Below, one piece after another: positions 1 through 9,663 of a stretch of 64,000 bases of DNA. The DNA lies in contig CAWAXX010000014.1 of the NCBI GenBank assembly GCA_963786105.1, positions 96,001-160,000 of the forward strand. Reading direction: 5' to 3'. The notes under the pieces were generated by a model. That model worked only from the letters and a program-made list of their open reading frames with translations. It did not search any database and had not been told where the DNA came from. The DNA is from Vulcanimicrobiota bacterium (lineage in GTDB: Bacteria > Vulcanimicrobiota > Vulcanimicrobiia > Vulcanimicrobiales > Vulcanimicrobiaceae). Positions within the stretch are counted from its first letter, which is position 1, and each line of letters begins with the position of its first letter. The position numbers and the translations under genes were made by a program.

Positions 1-130
1 CGCGATCGTCGATACCGAAACCGAGCGGCTCGACCAAATGCAGCGCGCAGCCGGTGGCAGCGCATAGGCGCGCGACGTTGCCGGTGTTCGGGGGGATTTC
101 CGGCTCGACCAGCGCGACGTGCAACGGCAC
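1..130 (-). CDS. trmL: tRNA (cytidine(34)-2'-O)-methyltransferase, N-terminal part (runs off the window)
   Basis: Manual translation of the minus strand from GTG at 130: [43 protein letters not shown], the typical TrmL/SpoU N-terminus. Not in the ORF track. Confidence 0.9.
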   Translation of the reverse strand, partial: MPLHVALVEPEIPPNTGNVARLCAATGCALHLVEPLGFGIDDR

Positions 131-158
131 GTCACCCAACGACTCGAACGGCCGAACG

Positions 159-1067
159 TTAGGGTGAGGCAAGCACGCTCGCGTAGTCGATGCCGCCGGG
201 AGCTACCACGTAGGCAACGCCATCGTTGCGCTGCCAAATGCGTTCGATCGCCTCGCGCGGATAGACGACGCGGACGTTGGGTGCCGCCGGATCGTTCATC
301 GCACAATCACCGTCCGACGTAAAGCCGCACAGCACCGCAAGGTGCCCGTCGGAATGCTCGAGCGGGGCGCCGGGCAGCTCGCCATCGCGCCACGAATACG
401 AAATGGCGACCGGGAGGTTTCTCTCGATCAGCCGTTGCGCGTGATCGAGGTTCTGCAAGTGAGCGACCACGCCGCGCAAACCCAGACTGCCGCTATACGC
501 CACGTTGAACGTCCAGTTACCGGTACCGTTGTACGACCGGTCGAAAACGGCGCGCGCCGTCTCGTCGACCGGAACGTCGAACCCGTGGTAGGCGTTGATC
601 ATCGACAGGCTAGCCGGACTGCACCAGCCGCGCTCTCCGGCATGCACGTATTGCGAGCGCGCCGGTACGTCGAGGATCAGGGCGCCCCGCGCGTACGGAA
701 GCGATGGGCGAGCTCGTGCCGGCGAGGAAAACGCCATCAAATTAAAATCCACGTCCCAAGCGCGCACGTCGATTCCGTCGAACGGCTGCTCGGCGCGAAT
801 CACGTCGACGTCGACGCGCACGCCTTCGTGTTCCGGGCTGAAGGACGTCGAGCCATTCGGGTGCCAGAGCGCATAGTCGATCCAGGGCGTGGCCGGCAGG
901 TGCGCCCGCAGCAGGCGAAACGCGATGGTACCGCTCGCCGCATACGTGTTCCAACTGAGGACGCCTCCACGCGCCGGTTCGAAGAGGAGCCGCGCCGACT
1001 CGCGCACGTTCAACGCTTGCGCGAAACCGGCCAGTGGTTCTAAATGCTCCACTGCCACGAATTCCAC
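159..1067 (-). CDS. C39-like cysteine peptidase
   Basis: Papain-like triad motifs [15 protein letters not shown] and NDP. Overlaps the stop of the upstream SBP gene; the start could be 1058 or 1052. Confidence 0.75.
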   Translation of the reverse strand: MEFVAVEHLEPLAGFAQALNVRESARLLFEPARGGVLSWNTYAASGTIAFRLLRAHLPATPWIDYALWHPNGSTSFSPEHEGVRVDVDVIRAEQPFDGIDVRAWDVDFNLMAFSSPARARPSLPYARGALILDVPARSQYVHAGERGWCSPASLSMINAYHGFDVPVDETARAVFDRSYNGTGNWTFNVAYSGSLGLRGVVAHLQNLDHAQRLIERNLPVAISYSWRDGELPGAPLEHSDGHLAVLCGFTSDGDCAMNDPAAPNVRVVYPREAIERIWQRNDGVAYVVAPGGIDYASVLASP

Positions 1068-2674
1068 GTGTCGCCGATGAAAGCGGCCGGTATGAAGTTC
1101 TTGACGTCACTATTCATCGCCGTATAGCCGGTCTCCCAAGTAAATACCACCGCGGGGACGAGCTCCCGCAGGCGTTCTTCTTCCCGCTGGTACAGCGCTT
1201 TGCGCCGAGCTTGATCGAACGTGCGCTCGGCCGCCGAACTGGTGGCGTTCACGATCGGGTCGTCGAGCCACGACGTGTTGGCACCCTTGGGTGGGATGAA
1301 CGCACCGTTCCAACTGCCGGCGTTGTCGGGATCGGGTCCGTTGGTTTCAATCGACCACTCCAAATCGTACTTGCCGGTATACAGCGGCCCGTTTTGGGCG
1401 AACATCAGGTTGGCCGGATAGTTGCGTATTTGCAAATCGATCCCGAACGGCTTGAGCATCGACTGCATCAGGACTTCCGACTGTTCGTTTTCTTGATGTC
1501 CGACCGTTGCGGAGATGGTCACGTGCATGGCTGCGTCGCCCTTGTGCAGGACGCCGTCGCTCTGCAACTGCCAGCCGGCGACGGCGAGCAGGTGGCGAGC
1601 GTCGCGCGGATCGTAACGGTACGCCGGCAGTACCGGCGCCGCCCACGACTCCGGAAAGATGTCGGACACGGCCAATCGGTTGATCCCGTGGTAGACCGTA
1701 TCGTCGATACGCTTCCAATCGATGGCTTCGGCGATCGCGCGGCGGACGCGGACGTCGTGCAGCAGCGCCCGGCTCGTATTGATGCCGAGGTGTCGCCAGT
1801 TGGCCAGGAGTTGTTTCTTGATGACGATGCCGGTCACGCTGCCGAGCTGGGGCACGGCGTTGGCGTTGACGCTGGGATACACGTCGATCTCGTGCGTGCG
1901 GAGTTGATTGAAGAGCGTATTGACGTCCGGAACGATCTTCCAGTCGATTTCTTTGAGTTTCGGCGCTCCGCGAAAGTACCGGGGGTTCGGCACGAAGACG
2001 AGGGACGTTCCGCGATTCCAGGCTTGTAGCAGATACGGGCCGCTCGAGAGCGGCCTGCCGTTGAACTCGGCGGAGTTGAGGTCGGGAAGCTTTGCGAGCA
2101 GGTGCGCCGGCAGCGGCGGATAGCCGGCGCCGCCCATGGCGAGTATTCCGAAAGCCGTAACGTCGGCGCGCTTGAGATGAATGACGATCGTGTGCGGGTC
2201 GCGCGCGTCGGCCGAAGCGATCGCGTCCCAGCCGTAGCGCGTTTTGACGTTGTTGCGCGGATTGGTCGCCGCACGATAGGTAAAGAGCCAATCGGCTGCG
2301 GTCAGCGGCTCGCCGTCGGCCCAAACGACGCCTTTACGCAAGTGCACCACGATGGTCTTTCCGTCACGACTGATTCCGCCGTTGCGAAGCGACGGAACGA
2401 CGCTGGCGAGATCCGGGACGTAGTTGCCGTTCCGGTCGTAGCGAAGCAAGAACGAAAACAGCAAGCCGGAGATCTCGTCGGATGCCGCGCTGTGCGCGTA
2501 CATGAGGTTCAGGCCGTCCGGCTCTTCGTCAGCGCCGACGCGCAGCACGCCGGGAACCGTCCACGAGTTGCGTTCGCCGATGCGTCCGGAGGAAGCGCCG
2601 CGCTGAGCGCACGCGCTCGCCGATACGGCGGCCAGCAAAACGGCGGCGATGAAACGAATCGGCGTCGGGTTCAC
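1040..2674 (-). CDS. Peptide ABC transporter substrate-binding lipoprotein (SBP family 5)
   Basis: Lipobox-like SASAC; motifs VPDLA, LRKGVVWADG, SSGPY and VRRAIAEAID. Confidence 0.9.
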   Translation of the reverse strand: MNPTPIRFIAAVLLAAVSASACAQRGASSGRIGERNSWTVPGVLRVGADEEPDGLNLMYAHSAASDEISGLLFSFLLRYDRNGNYVPDLASVVPSLRNGGISRDGKTIVVHLRKGVVWADGEPLTAADWLFTYRAATNPRNNVKTRYGWDAIASADARDPHTIVIHLKRADVTAFGILAMGGAGYPPLPAHLLAKLPDLNSAEFNGRPLSSGPYLLQAWNRGTSLVFVPNPRYFRGAPKLKEIDWKIVPDVNTLFNQLRTHEIDVYPSVNANAVPQLGSVTGIVIKKQLLANWRHLGINTSRALLHDVRVRRAIAEAIDWKRIDDTVYHGINRLAVSDIFPESWAAPVLPAYRYDPRDARHLLAVAGWQLQSDGVLHKGDAAMHVTISATVGHQENEQSEVLMQSMLKPFGIDLQIRNYPANLMFAQNGPLYTGKYDLEWSIETNGPDPDNAGSWNGAFIPPKGANTSWLDDPIVNATSSAAERTFDQARRKALYQREEERLRELVPAVVFTWETGYTAMNSDVKNFIPAAFIGDTWNSWQWSI

Positions 2675-3742
2675 CTACGCATGGCTGCCGAGCGGAGCGC
2701 GTTTGACGATGCGTGGCGCGATTTCGCCGAAGAAACGGTCCGCGCCGAAACGCACGACGTCGTCGGCGGGCAGCCCCGTTTCCGTGCGTGCCCGCGCGAT
2801 CTCGTCGCGCGCCTCCTCGTCGGACAGCCCGCGCGTATTGAGGGCGACGCCGATGATGCCGGCGGGCTTGACCGTTGCCAGCAACGCCTCGTGAAGGTCG
2901 ATGAGCGCCCGGTAGGCGAGCGTCGGGGTCGAGTATTCTTCGATCTGCCGGCGACGCGGGTCGCACACCAACACCAGCGCGTCCGCAGCACTTCCGAACA
3001 TGAGCGCGAGCGTCACCGGCGCGTACGCGGGATGATTGATGGCCCCTTGTCCCTCGACGACGATCAAATCCGACCCTTCGTGAGCGGCATACAGCACCAA
3101 CTGCTCGGCAGCACCGGGTGCGAAATCGGCAACCACGCGATCCACCGAAATGCCCCAACCTGCAATCATGATGCCGGTTTGTCCGGTCGGGACGAAACGA
3201 GCGTTGGCTTTTCCGGCTTCGCGAGCTGCGCGTACGAGCTCCAGGGCGACGCTCATCTTCCCGACCGCGCAATCGTTGCCGACGGTCAACACGATCGGCG
3301 CCTTGACGCCGTAGACATCGCCGCTGAACAAGGGGACATCGGGCGGTTTGCGGACGTCCCAAATCGTCGCGCCGGATCGCATTGCGGCGGCGTGAAACTC
3401 GAGATCGTTGTCGAGCATGTCGTGTAAACCGCTCACGATTTCGAGCCGCGCTGCGATAGCGGCGAGAATTTCCTGCCGCCAAGACGCCGGTAACGCGCCG
3501 CCGCGCGGAGCGGTTCCGATCAACAACGCGGTTGGTTCCAACGGCAAAGCTTCGGCGACGCTCGCGACGATCGGTGCGTCGCTACCCAGATGCGGAAGCA
3601 CGTCGCGCACGCGTTGACCGGCGCACGACGGGTCGACGACGGCGACCACGTCGTCGGCGCCGTAGCGAATCACGCCGTGCGCGGTCTTCGCGTCGATGGC
3701 AAACCGCTCGGGTGCGAGGATGAGATATCGCCGGCGGGTCAC
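2675..3742 (-). CDS. DUF1611 family protein (DgcN-like D-glutamate N-acetyltransferase)
   Basis: Motifs AKTAHGVIRY, SGLH, TVGNDCAVGKM, TGQTGIMI and VEGQG. GTG at 3742 overlaps the epimerase stop (GTGA). Confidence 0.85.
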   Translation of the reverse strand: MTRRRYLILAPERFAIDAKTAHGVIRYGADDVVAVVDPSCAGQRVRDVLPHLGSDAPIVASVAEALPLEPTALLIGTAPRGGALPASWRQEILAAIAARLEIVSGLHDMLDNDLEFHAAAMRSGATIWDVRKPPDVPLFSGDVYGVKAPIVLTVGNDCAVGKMSVALELVRAAREAGKANARFVPTGQTGIMIAGWGISVDRVVADFAPGAAEQLVLYAAHEGSDLIVVEGQGAINHPAYAPVTLALMFGSAADALVLVCDPRRRQIEEYSTPTLAYRALIDLHEALLATVKPAGIIGVALNTRGLSDEEARDEIARARTETGLPADDVVRFGADRFFGEIAPRIVKRAPLGSHA

Positions 3743-4758
3743 GCGGGAACGACTTCGTGGACTCCCAGCCCGGGAGTGTCGGGCAGGATCAGTTTCCCCC
3801 GATCGTAGGTTACGCCGGCGAAGGGATCGCGGGCCGTGAGGAACGGTCCATCGATGTCGGCCCAGTCGACCAACGGCGAGATGTGTGCTGCCGCGGTGGC
3901 GCAAACCGCACTTTCAACCATGCAGCCGAGCATGATCTTCAGGTTCATCGCGCGCGCGGCGTGAATCATGGCCAGCGCGCCGCGCAAGCCGCCCGTCTTG
4001 GCCAGCTTGACGTTGACGCCGTCGACGCAGCCGTACAGCGCCGGCAGATCGTCGGCTACCAACGAGTCTTCGTCGGTCACGATCGGGATCGAAACCCGCT
4101 CGCGGATCGCCCGAAGCTGTTCGGGATGACCGGCCGGCACCGGCTGCTCGCAAAATTCGATCTCGAAGCGTTCGAGTTCTCTGAGAATTCGGACGGCGAT
4201 TTCCACATCCCAGCCCTCGTTTGCGTCGATTCGAATTATTCCGCGATACCGTTCGCGAATGAGGGCGATCGTTTCGATTTGCTCGTTGGCGGTACCGCTG
4301 CCGAGTTTAACTTTGAGGATCGGATGATCGCCGACTTCGGCTACTTTGCGCAGAGTCGTCTCGGGATCGGCGATGCCGATCGTAAACGAGGTCACCGGCG
4401 TCAGCTCCGGATCCAAGCCGAACAGCTCGTACAGCGGTTTGCCCAAGTCTTTGCCGATGAGGTCGTGCAGCGCGAGGTCGAGGCCCGATCGGGCCGCCGG
4501 CGGAATTCCGGAATGCAGTAAGGCCTCGAGCCGATAGGGATCGCCGGTTGCGAGGGCGTGCGTTGCAAAGTACTCGATCACGCTTTCGACGGATTCGCCG
4601 TAGCGATCGGTGGGCGCAGCCTCGCCGAGGCCCTCAAGATCGCCGGCGCGCACGCGGACGAGTGCGGTCCTTGCGACGGTTTCTTCACCCCGAGCGATTT
4701 TGAAAGGATGGACGAGCGGCAGCTCGAGCGGCGCCACCGTCACCGTCAGATCGGACAT
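3739..4758 (-). CDS. Dipeptide epimerase / N-acetyl-D-Glu racemase (enolase superfamily, DgcA/YkfB-like)
   Basis: KVKLG, DANEGW, EQP, DED, VNVKLAKTGG, GCMVES and DIDG motifs. Confidence 0.9.
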   Translation of the reverse strand: MSDLTVTVAPLELPLVHPFKIARGEETVARTALVRVRAGDLEGLGEAAPTDRYGESVESVIEYFATHALATGDPYRLEALLHSGIPPAARSGLDLALHDLIGKDLGKPLYELFGLDPELTPVTSFTIGIADPETTLRKVAEVGDHPILKVKLGSGTANEQIETIALIRERYRGIIRIDANEGWDVEIAVRILRELERFEIEFCEQPVPAGHPEQLRAIRERVSIPIVTDEDSLVADDLPALYGCVDGVNVKLAKTGGLRGALAMIHAARAMNLKIMLGCMVESAVCATAAAHISPLVDWADIDGPFLTARDPFAGVTYDRGKLILPDTPGLGVHEVVPA

Positions 4759-4797
4759 GCTAGGCGCTTTCCACCCGCCGTTGGCCGTTCCTCGCCG

Positions 4798-5310
4798 TTA
4801 GGGAGCTCTAAAGAACTGCATGCGAGTGGGTGAAGCGACGTGATAACAGAAACCGCGGTGATCGTAGCGTATGCCTTCGCCAAGCGTGTTCGCGGCGTGC
4901 CGTTCCGAACCGGTGATGACGCGCCGTTCCTCGGCGGTGTCGTACGGCCGGCTCCATCGATTGGCCAGTGCCGCTTCACGCGAAGGCGATTCGACGGCGT
5001 GGTCGACTTCGTGTCCCAATCCGAGCGCCGGCGATTGGCGGCCGCCGTTCGTCGTGCGGATCGCCGAATGCGGATCCCACGCGATTGTATCGGTAACCGG
5101 GTCGAAGTGGTCGTCGTTTCTATGGTCGATCTTTAAGCAATAGTGGCGTGCGCGAGAGCGTTCCAGGCGATCGAAGAGCGAGCGCTCGACCGCGTCGCGC
5201 GAAAGATACGCCTTCGCGGTGCAATAGTCGCGATCGGCGTCGCGCGGCACCGAAAGCGACCCGTGACGAACGTACGCGATACGCGCCGCTGCGATCGTCG
5301 TAACCTGCAT
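4798..5310 (-). CDS. HExxH zinc metalloprotease-like protein (M91/NleD-like or toxin-type domain)
   Basis: SPALGLGHEVDHA followed by EERRVITGSE. Confidence 0.55.
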   Translation of the reverse strand: MQVTTIAAARIAYVRHGSLSVPRDADRDYCTAKAYLSRDAVERSLFDRLERSRARHYCLKIDHRNDDHFDPVTDTIAWDPHSAIRTTNGGRQSPALGLGHEVDHAVESPSREAALANRWSRPYDTAEERRVITGSERHAANTLGEGIRYDHRGFCYHVASPTRMQFFRAP

Positions 5311-5344
5311 GATATGCGACGATCACGCGTTCCCGGTGCGGCGG

Positions 5345-5806
5345 CTAGGACCGTTTTGACGTGAGGCGTTCGCGTAGCTTCTCGCGGGCCTTTTCGATGC
5401 GGCGGAAACGGGTTTCAGGTTTCTTCGCATCCTCGATCCATTGGACGTACTCTTTACGATGCGTGTACGACATGGTATCGAACGCGCGGCGCTCGGCGGC
5501 GCGCAAGGCCTTTGCGAAATCCGCCGGCACGCCGACGGTACGCTCATGGGTGTCGCGCTCGACGTCGAGAGCTATCCAGTCGCCGCGCTCGATGCCGGCG
5601 GCTTTGCGCACTGCTGCGGTGACGCCGATCATCGGGCCTGCGCCCATGTTACAAATCGTCGTGCGCCAGCTTATGCCGTTTACGGTGACGCGCACCGGAA
5701 CGCGCGTCCGTCCTTCGAGCGCGGCCATGGTCGACGCGGGGACCAATGCGTACGTCGCCGCCGACTCGTCGCTGCCTTCGAGCTTGGTACGAAAGCGGTG
5801 AGCCAT
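5345..5806 (-). CDS. DUF1905 + YdeI/OmpD-associated domain protein
   Basis: RVPVRVTVNG...VRKAAG, then VPADFAKAL and SYTHRKEYVQWIEDAKKPETRFRRI. Confidence 0.85.
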   Translation of the reverse strand: MAHRFRTKLEGSDESAATYALVPASTMAALEGRTRVPVRVTVNGISWRTTICNMGAGPMIGVTAAVRKAAGIERGDWIALDVERDTHERTVGVPADFAKALRAAERRAFDTMSYTHRKEYVQWIEDAKKPETRFRRIEKAREKLRERLTSKRS

Positions 5807-5874
5807 TCTCAAGACCCTCTAGCACGAACTGAACCGTAAATCAAGGTCTTGACCGGGGGTGGTACGGTAGAGGG

Positions 5875-6059
5875 GCTCGACTGCGCGTGGCGCGCACCGC
5901 TTTAGGTGCCGAGCCGATAGTGATACATAGGGAGCATCAGCTCCGGATACGACGGGAAAGCTTGGGCTCGATGCCTGCCGACCCTGCGCCCGGGCCGCAC
6001 CCACCTGCGAGACGCGGGTTCGAATCACCATAGGCGGCAGACGCTACGTGCGGTTGAGT
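5875..6059 (+). ncRNA. ssrS: 6S RNA
   Basis: About 185 nt. 5876-5892 pairs fully (with G-U) with 6042-6058. Has a central A-rich bubble, GGGAGC at 5930 and GCACCCACCUG...CGGGUUC with a hairpin at 6003-6019, resembling Bacillus 6S-1 as recalled from memory. Candidate extended -10 TGgTACGGT at 5860-5868. Confidence 0.85.
6041..6058 (+). repeat. Direct repeat copy 1 (ACGcTACGTGCGGTTGAG)
   Basis: 17/18 identical to 7056-7073; forms the 6S 3' arm and the end of the SIS gene. Confidence 0.85.
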
Positions 6060-7048
6060 ACTACTTTCGACAACCCTCGCGGCGCGTCACTATCGACGTT
6101 TCGCGCGCGTCCGACGAAAAGCGCGAGCATTTGCGCCGCAACCAGCCACGCGAGCGCTGCGAACGTGCCACCAACCACCGGGCCAAGAAGCGGTATGCCG
6201 TCGAGGGGTTCGCCAATTACGTAGCACCGGCTGCCGGCTCGCACGGCCGCGCGCATCGGTCGCTCCACTACGCGGCGCGATGCCTCGTCCGCGATCCCGA
6301 TCGCCGCGTACGAAGCGTCGAGAATTGCCGCGCTTCCGTGACCGAATTCGCCGGCCGCGAATCCTTCGGCATGAAGGTAACTCGCCTCTTTGATCTTGAG
6401 CGCGCACTCGAGCGCCACCGGTACGCCGTCTCCGCTTCCGACGACGATCACGCTACGTTGCGGAGCGACCTGCTGCCCCGCTTCGCGAACGACCGCGAGA
6501 TCTGGGCCGTCGAGCCATTCACCCACGCGCCGCGCCGTCATGGTTAGCGTGAGCGCGCAGTCGCCGGGCGACGGACCGAGTACGTCTGCCGTCCATAGCA
6601 GCACGGCCGCCGTCGCGCTAACGCTCTTGCTGGCCGGTACGGCGAGTTCGGTTCCGGCACCGACGTCGACGACCACCGTGGCGCGCTTGCCTAGCGTCGA
6701 ATGAGGGCTGTTCGTGAGGGCGACGATCGTGGCGGGTCGGACGGCATCGAGCGCAGAGAGCACGTCCTCGGATTCGCCGCTCTGCGAACACACGATCGCG
6801 ACGGCGTTGCGGTATGCGGCGTAGTCGTGCGGCGCTTCGGTCGCTGCCAGCGCCTGCGCGCGCACTCTTTGGCGCCGCAGCGCGAGCGCACCGAGCTGCG
6901 CGACGAACAACGAGCTGCCGCTGCCGAGCAGGACGACGTCGCGATTGCGGATCGCTTGCGCAAGCTCCGCCGCTGCGTTTGATCGGGCGAGCCGGCACCA
7001 CGCGTCGGGCTGCTCGCGGATTTCGGTTTCGAACCGTGCACCCAGCAT
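6044..7048 (-). CDS. Tandem-SIS domain protein (GlmS isomerase-like, probable NagB-II glucosamine-6-phosphate deaminase)
   Basis: EIREQP, GSGSS, SQSGES, LKIKEASYLHAEG and PRGLSKVV; no glutaminase domain. ATG at 7048. Confidence 0.8.
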   Translation of the reverse strand: MLGARFETEIREQPDAWCRLARSNAAAELAQAIRNRDVVLLGSGSSLFVAQLGALALRRQRVRAQALAATEAPHDYAAYRNAVAIVCSQSGESEDVLSALDAVRPATIVALTNSPHSTLGKRATVVVDVGAGTELAVPASKSVSATAAVLLWTADVLGPSPGDCALTLTMTARRVGEWLDGPDLAVVREAGQQVAPQRSVIVVGSGDGVPVALECALKIKEASYLHAEGFAAGEFGHGSAAILDASYAAIGIADEASRRVVERPMRAAVRAGSRCYVIGEPLDGIPLLGPVVGGTFAALAWLVAAQMLALFVGRARNVDSDAPRGLSKVVLNRT

Positions 7049-7055
7049 CGTACGA

Positions 7056-7073
7056 ACGTTACGTGCGGTTGAG
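7056..7073 (+). repeat. Direct repeat copy 2 (ACGtTACGTGCGGTTGAG)
   Basis: 17/18 identical to 6041-6058; forms the end of the TIM-barrel gene. Confidence 0.85.
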
Positions 7074-7787
7074 CTCGAGCGATGCGAGCGCGATGCGCCA
7101 CGAGCGCATCGCAACGCGCACGTCGGCGACGCTTGCGTCGCCGGAGGGTTCGTCGAGAGCCAGGTGGCCTCGAAACGACGAAAAGCCATGCGTCACGTCA
7201 CCAATCGAGCGCTCGGATTCGTCGCCGACGTTACTCCACAGCAACACGCTGTTGGCGGCCAGTTGCGCGGGGTCGCTGGCGGCGTCGAAAACGCGCGGCT
7301 CCGGCCCGAAACGCAGCCACGCGGAATCGGCTTCCTTTGAAACGCGCTTGCAGTCGTGCGTCGTGGCGGCGAACGTACCCGGCGCGTTGCGAATCGCCAG
7401 GGTGACGTTGGCCGCTTTCGCCAACGACGTCGCGACGTTCAAACGCGCCAACTGTTCGCTCCAGGCACCGTCGATCTCGCGCGCCAGTTCGCCGGAAAGC
7501 ACCGGCGCGCCGAGCGCTGCCGCGAGTCCCAGCATTTGGGTCATCGCACGCTCGTCGGATCCAAAAAACGCCGCACCGGCAACCGCCGCGACGCTGAGTC
7601 CCCGGTCGACGGCCATCTTCTTGACCTGCGCGAGGTAGTCTTCGTCGGTGCGCGGAAAGTGCCGCACGTCTAACACGACGCCGTCGCAAGCGAGCTCGTG
7701 CGCGCAGAGATCGATAAACTCGAGTTGGGTGAGATCGCCGCGAACGAACGAAGAGTGGAGCGCGCCGCTCGCACAGGCTAGCTTCAT
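7059..7787 (-). CDS. Xylose isomerase-like TIM barrel protein
   Basis: MKLACAS...LEFIDLCAHELACDGV...HFPRTDEDYLAQVKK resembles sugar phosphate isomerase/epimerase proteins; metal ligands look degenerate. Confidence 0.65.
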   Translation of the reverse strand: MKLACASGALHSSFVRGDLTQLEFIDLCAHELACDGVVLDVRHFPRTDEDYLAQVKKMAVDRGLSVAAVAGAAFFGSDERAMTQMLGLAAALGAPVLSGELAREIDGAWSEQLARLNVATSLAKAANVTLAIRNAPGTFAATTHDCKRVSKEADSAWLRFGPEPRVFDAASDPAQLAANSVLLWSNVGDESERSIGDVTHGFSSFRGHLALDEPSGDASVADVRVAMRSWRIALASLELNRT

Positions 7788-7849
7788 CGGCGTCCGTCGT
7801 TCGACCGCCCGGTGCGCGCTTCTTGCTCGACGAGGACCCCGACAAAAAT

Positions 7850-8371
7850 ATGAAAATAGCCGTTGGCGCCGATCACGCCGGTTTTGAATACAAGGATCGT
7901 ATCGCACGAGTCTTGCGCGACAAGGGCCACCAGGTGCTGGATTTCGGAACCGGAGACCCCACGCCGGTAGACTACCCGCAATACGGGTATGCGGTTGGTG
8001 AAGCCGTTGCCAGCGGGCAAGCCGAGCGCGGGATCCTCGTTTGCGGCTCGAGTCTGGGGATCGCCATGGCCGCCAATAAAGTTCCCGGCATTCGCTGCGC
8101 GCCGGTTTCCGAACCGTATTCGGCCGAACTCGCGCGCCGGCACAACGATTGCAACGTCATCGCGTTTTCGGAGCGCCTCACCGGGTGGGAAATGATCGAG
8201 CGGATGCTCGATGTCTACTTGGATACGCCGTTCGACGGCGGACGTCACGAGTACCGCATCGAACAGCTTTTCGAGTTCGGCGATAAACAACGCGAGCGGA
8301 CCCTCAAAGACGTCGAGCAGGGTGCCGTGACCGACGCGCAAACGCCGGCCGATCTCATTCCGAAACCCTAG
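7850..8371 (+). CDS. rpiB: Ribose 5-phosphate isomerase B
   Basis: [35 protein letters not shown] and FDGGRH. Confidence 0.95.
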   Translation: MKIAVGADHAGFEYKDRIARVLRDKGHQVLDFGTGDPTPVDYPQYGYAVGEAVASGQAERGILVCGSSLGIAMAANKVPGIRCAPVSEPYSAELARRHNDCNVIAFSERLTGWEMIERMLDVYLDTPFDGGRHEYRIEQLFEFGDKQRERTLKDVEQGAVTDAQTPADLIPKP

Positions 8372-8385
8372 GGACGGGCACGCAC

Positions 8386-9633
8386 ATGGATATTCTCGCA
8401 CGCAGTCACGTCGAAGCCGAAGATCCCGAAGTCTTTGCGGCGATCGCCGGAGAGGAACGCCGGCAACGAGACAATCTCGAACTCATCGCTTCGGAGAATT
8501 ACGCCAGCCCGGCCGTGCGCGAAGCGATGGGCTGCGTGATGACCAACAAGTACGCCGAAGGCTACCCCGGAAAGCGGTACTACGGCGGATGCGAGTTCGT
8601 CGATCAAGCCGAACTTCTTGCGATCGATCGCGTAAAACTACTTTTTGGCGCCGAGCACGCCAACGTGCAGCCGCATTCCGGCGCACAGGCTAATATGGCC
8701 GTCTTCATGGCGCAGCTCCAGCCGGGCGATACCGTACTGGGCATGTCGTTGGCGCACGGCGGGCACCTCACTCACGGCACCAAGGTGAGCTTCTCCGGAA
8801 AACTCTACAACGCGGTCGCCTATGGGGTAAACCGCGAAACCGAGTTGATCGATTTCGACGAAGTGCGCGCGCAAGCGCGCGAACATCGGCCCAAGATGAT
8901 CGTCGCCGGCGCCAGCGCGTATCCGCGTACGATGGAATACGTACCCTTCCGGGAGATCGCCGACGAGGTCGGGGCGACGTTGCTGGTGGATATGGCGCAC
9001 GTGGCCGGCTTGGTGGCAGTCGGACTGCATCCGTCGCCGGTGGGCGTGGCCGATTTCTCGACGTCGACGACGCACAAGACGTTGCGGGGTCCGCGCGGAG
9101 GCATCATTTTATGCACGCAAACGTGGGCTCAGCGGATCGACAAGAGCGTCTTCCCCGGCATTCAAGGCGGCCCGCTCATGCACACGATCGCCGCCAAGGC
9201 AGTCGCTTTCGGCGAAGCGCTGCGCCCCGATTTTAAAACCTACCAGCAGCAAGTCATCGACAACGCACGCGCGATGGCCGACGAGTTCGCACGCGGCGGG
9301 TTGCGGTTGGTGGGCGGCGGTACCGACACCCACTTGCTGCTGGTCGACGTCTCGGTCAAAGGTCTCACCGGAAAGGCCGTCGAGGAATATCTCGACGAGG
9401 TCGGCATCACCGTCAATAAGAACGCGATACCGTTCGACATGCAAAAGCCGATGGTCGCCAGCGGCATCCGCATCGGGACGCCCGCCATTACCAGTCGAGG
9501 GTTCGGAGTCGACGAGTGTCGCGAAGTCGCCCGAATCATGGTCGATGCGCTCGCCGACATCGAAACGCGCGCGCGCGTTGCCGCGCTCTCCGGCCGGGTG
9601 CGCGAACTGACTTCCCGCTTCGACGTTCCATAA
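8386..9633 (+). CDS. glyA: Serine hydroxymethyltransferase
   Basis: [35 protein letters not shown]. Confidence 0.98.
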   Translation: MDILARSHVEAEDPEVFAAIAGEERRQRDNLELIASENYASPAVREAMGCVMTNKYAEGYPGKRYYGGCEFVDQAELLAIDRVKLLFGAEHANVQPHSGAQANMAVFMAQLQPGDTVLGMSLAHGGHLTHGTKVSFSGKLYNAVAYGVNRETELIDFDEVRAQAREHRPKMIVAGASAYPRTMEYVPFREIADEVGATLLVDMAHVAGLVAVGLHPSPVGVADFSTSTTHKTLRGPRGGIILCTQTWAQRIDKSVFPGIQGGPLMHTIAAKAVAFGEALRPDFKTYQQQVIDNARAMADEFARGGLRLVGGGTDTHLLLVDVSVKGLTGKAVEEYLDEVGITVNKNAIPFDMQKPMVASGIRIGTPAITSRGFGVDECREVARIMVDALADIETRARVAALSGRVRELTSRFDVP

Positions 9634-9663
9634 TGAGGAAACTCGCGGGAGCTTCCACATAAC

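Noticed and set aside
5809..5852. 8-bp inverted repeat TCAAGACC/GGTCTTGA between the ydeI-like gene and 6S
   Set aside because: Short with a 28-nt spacer; compatible with chance.
5819..6031. 70-aa ORF on the minus strand
   Set aside because: It is antisense to the 6S RNA and has no recognisable protein features.
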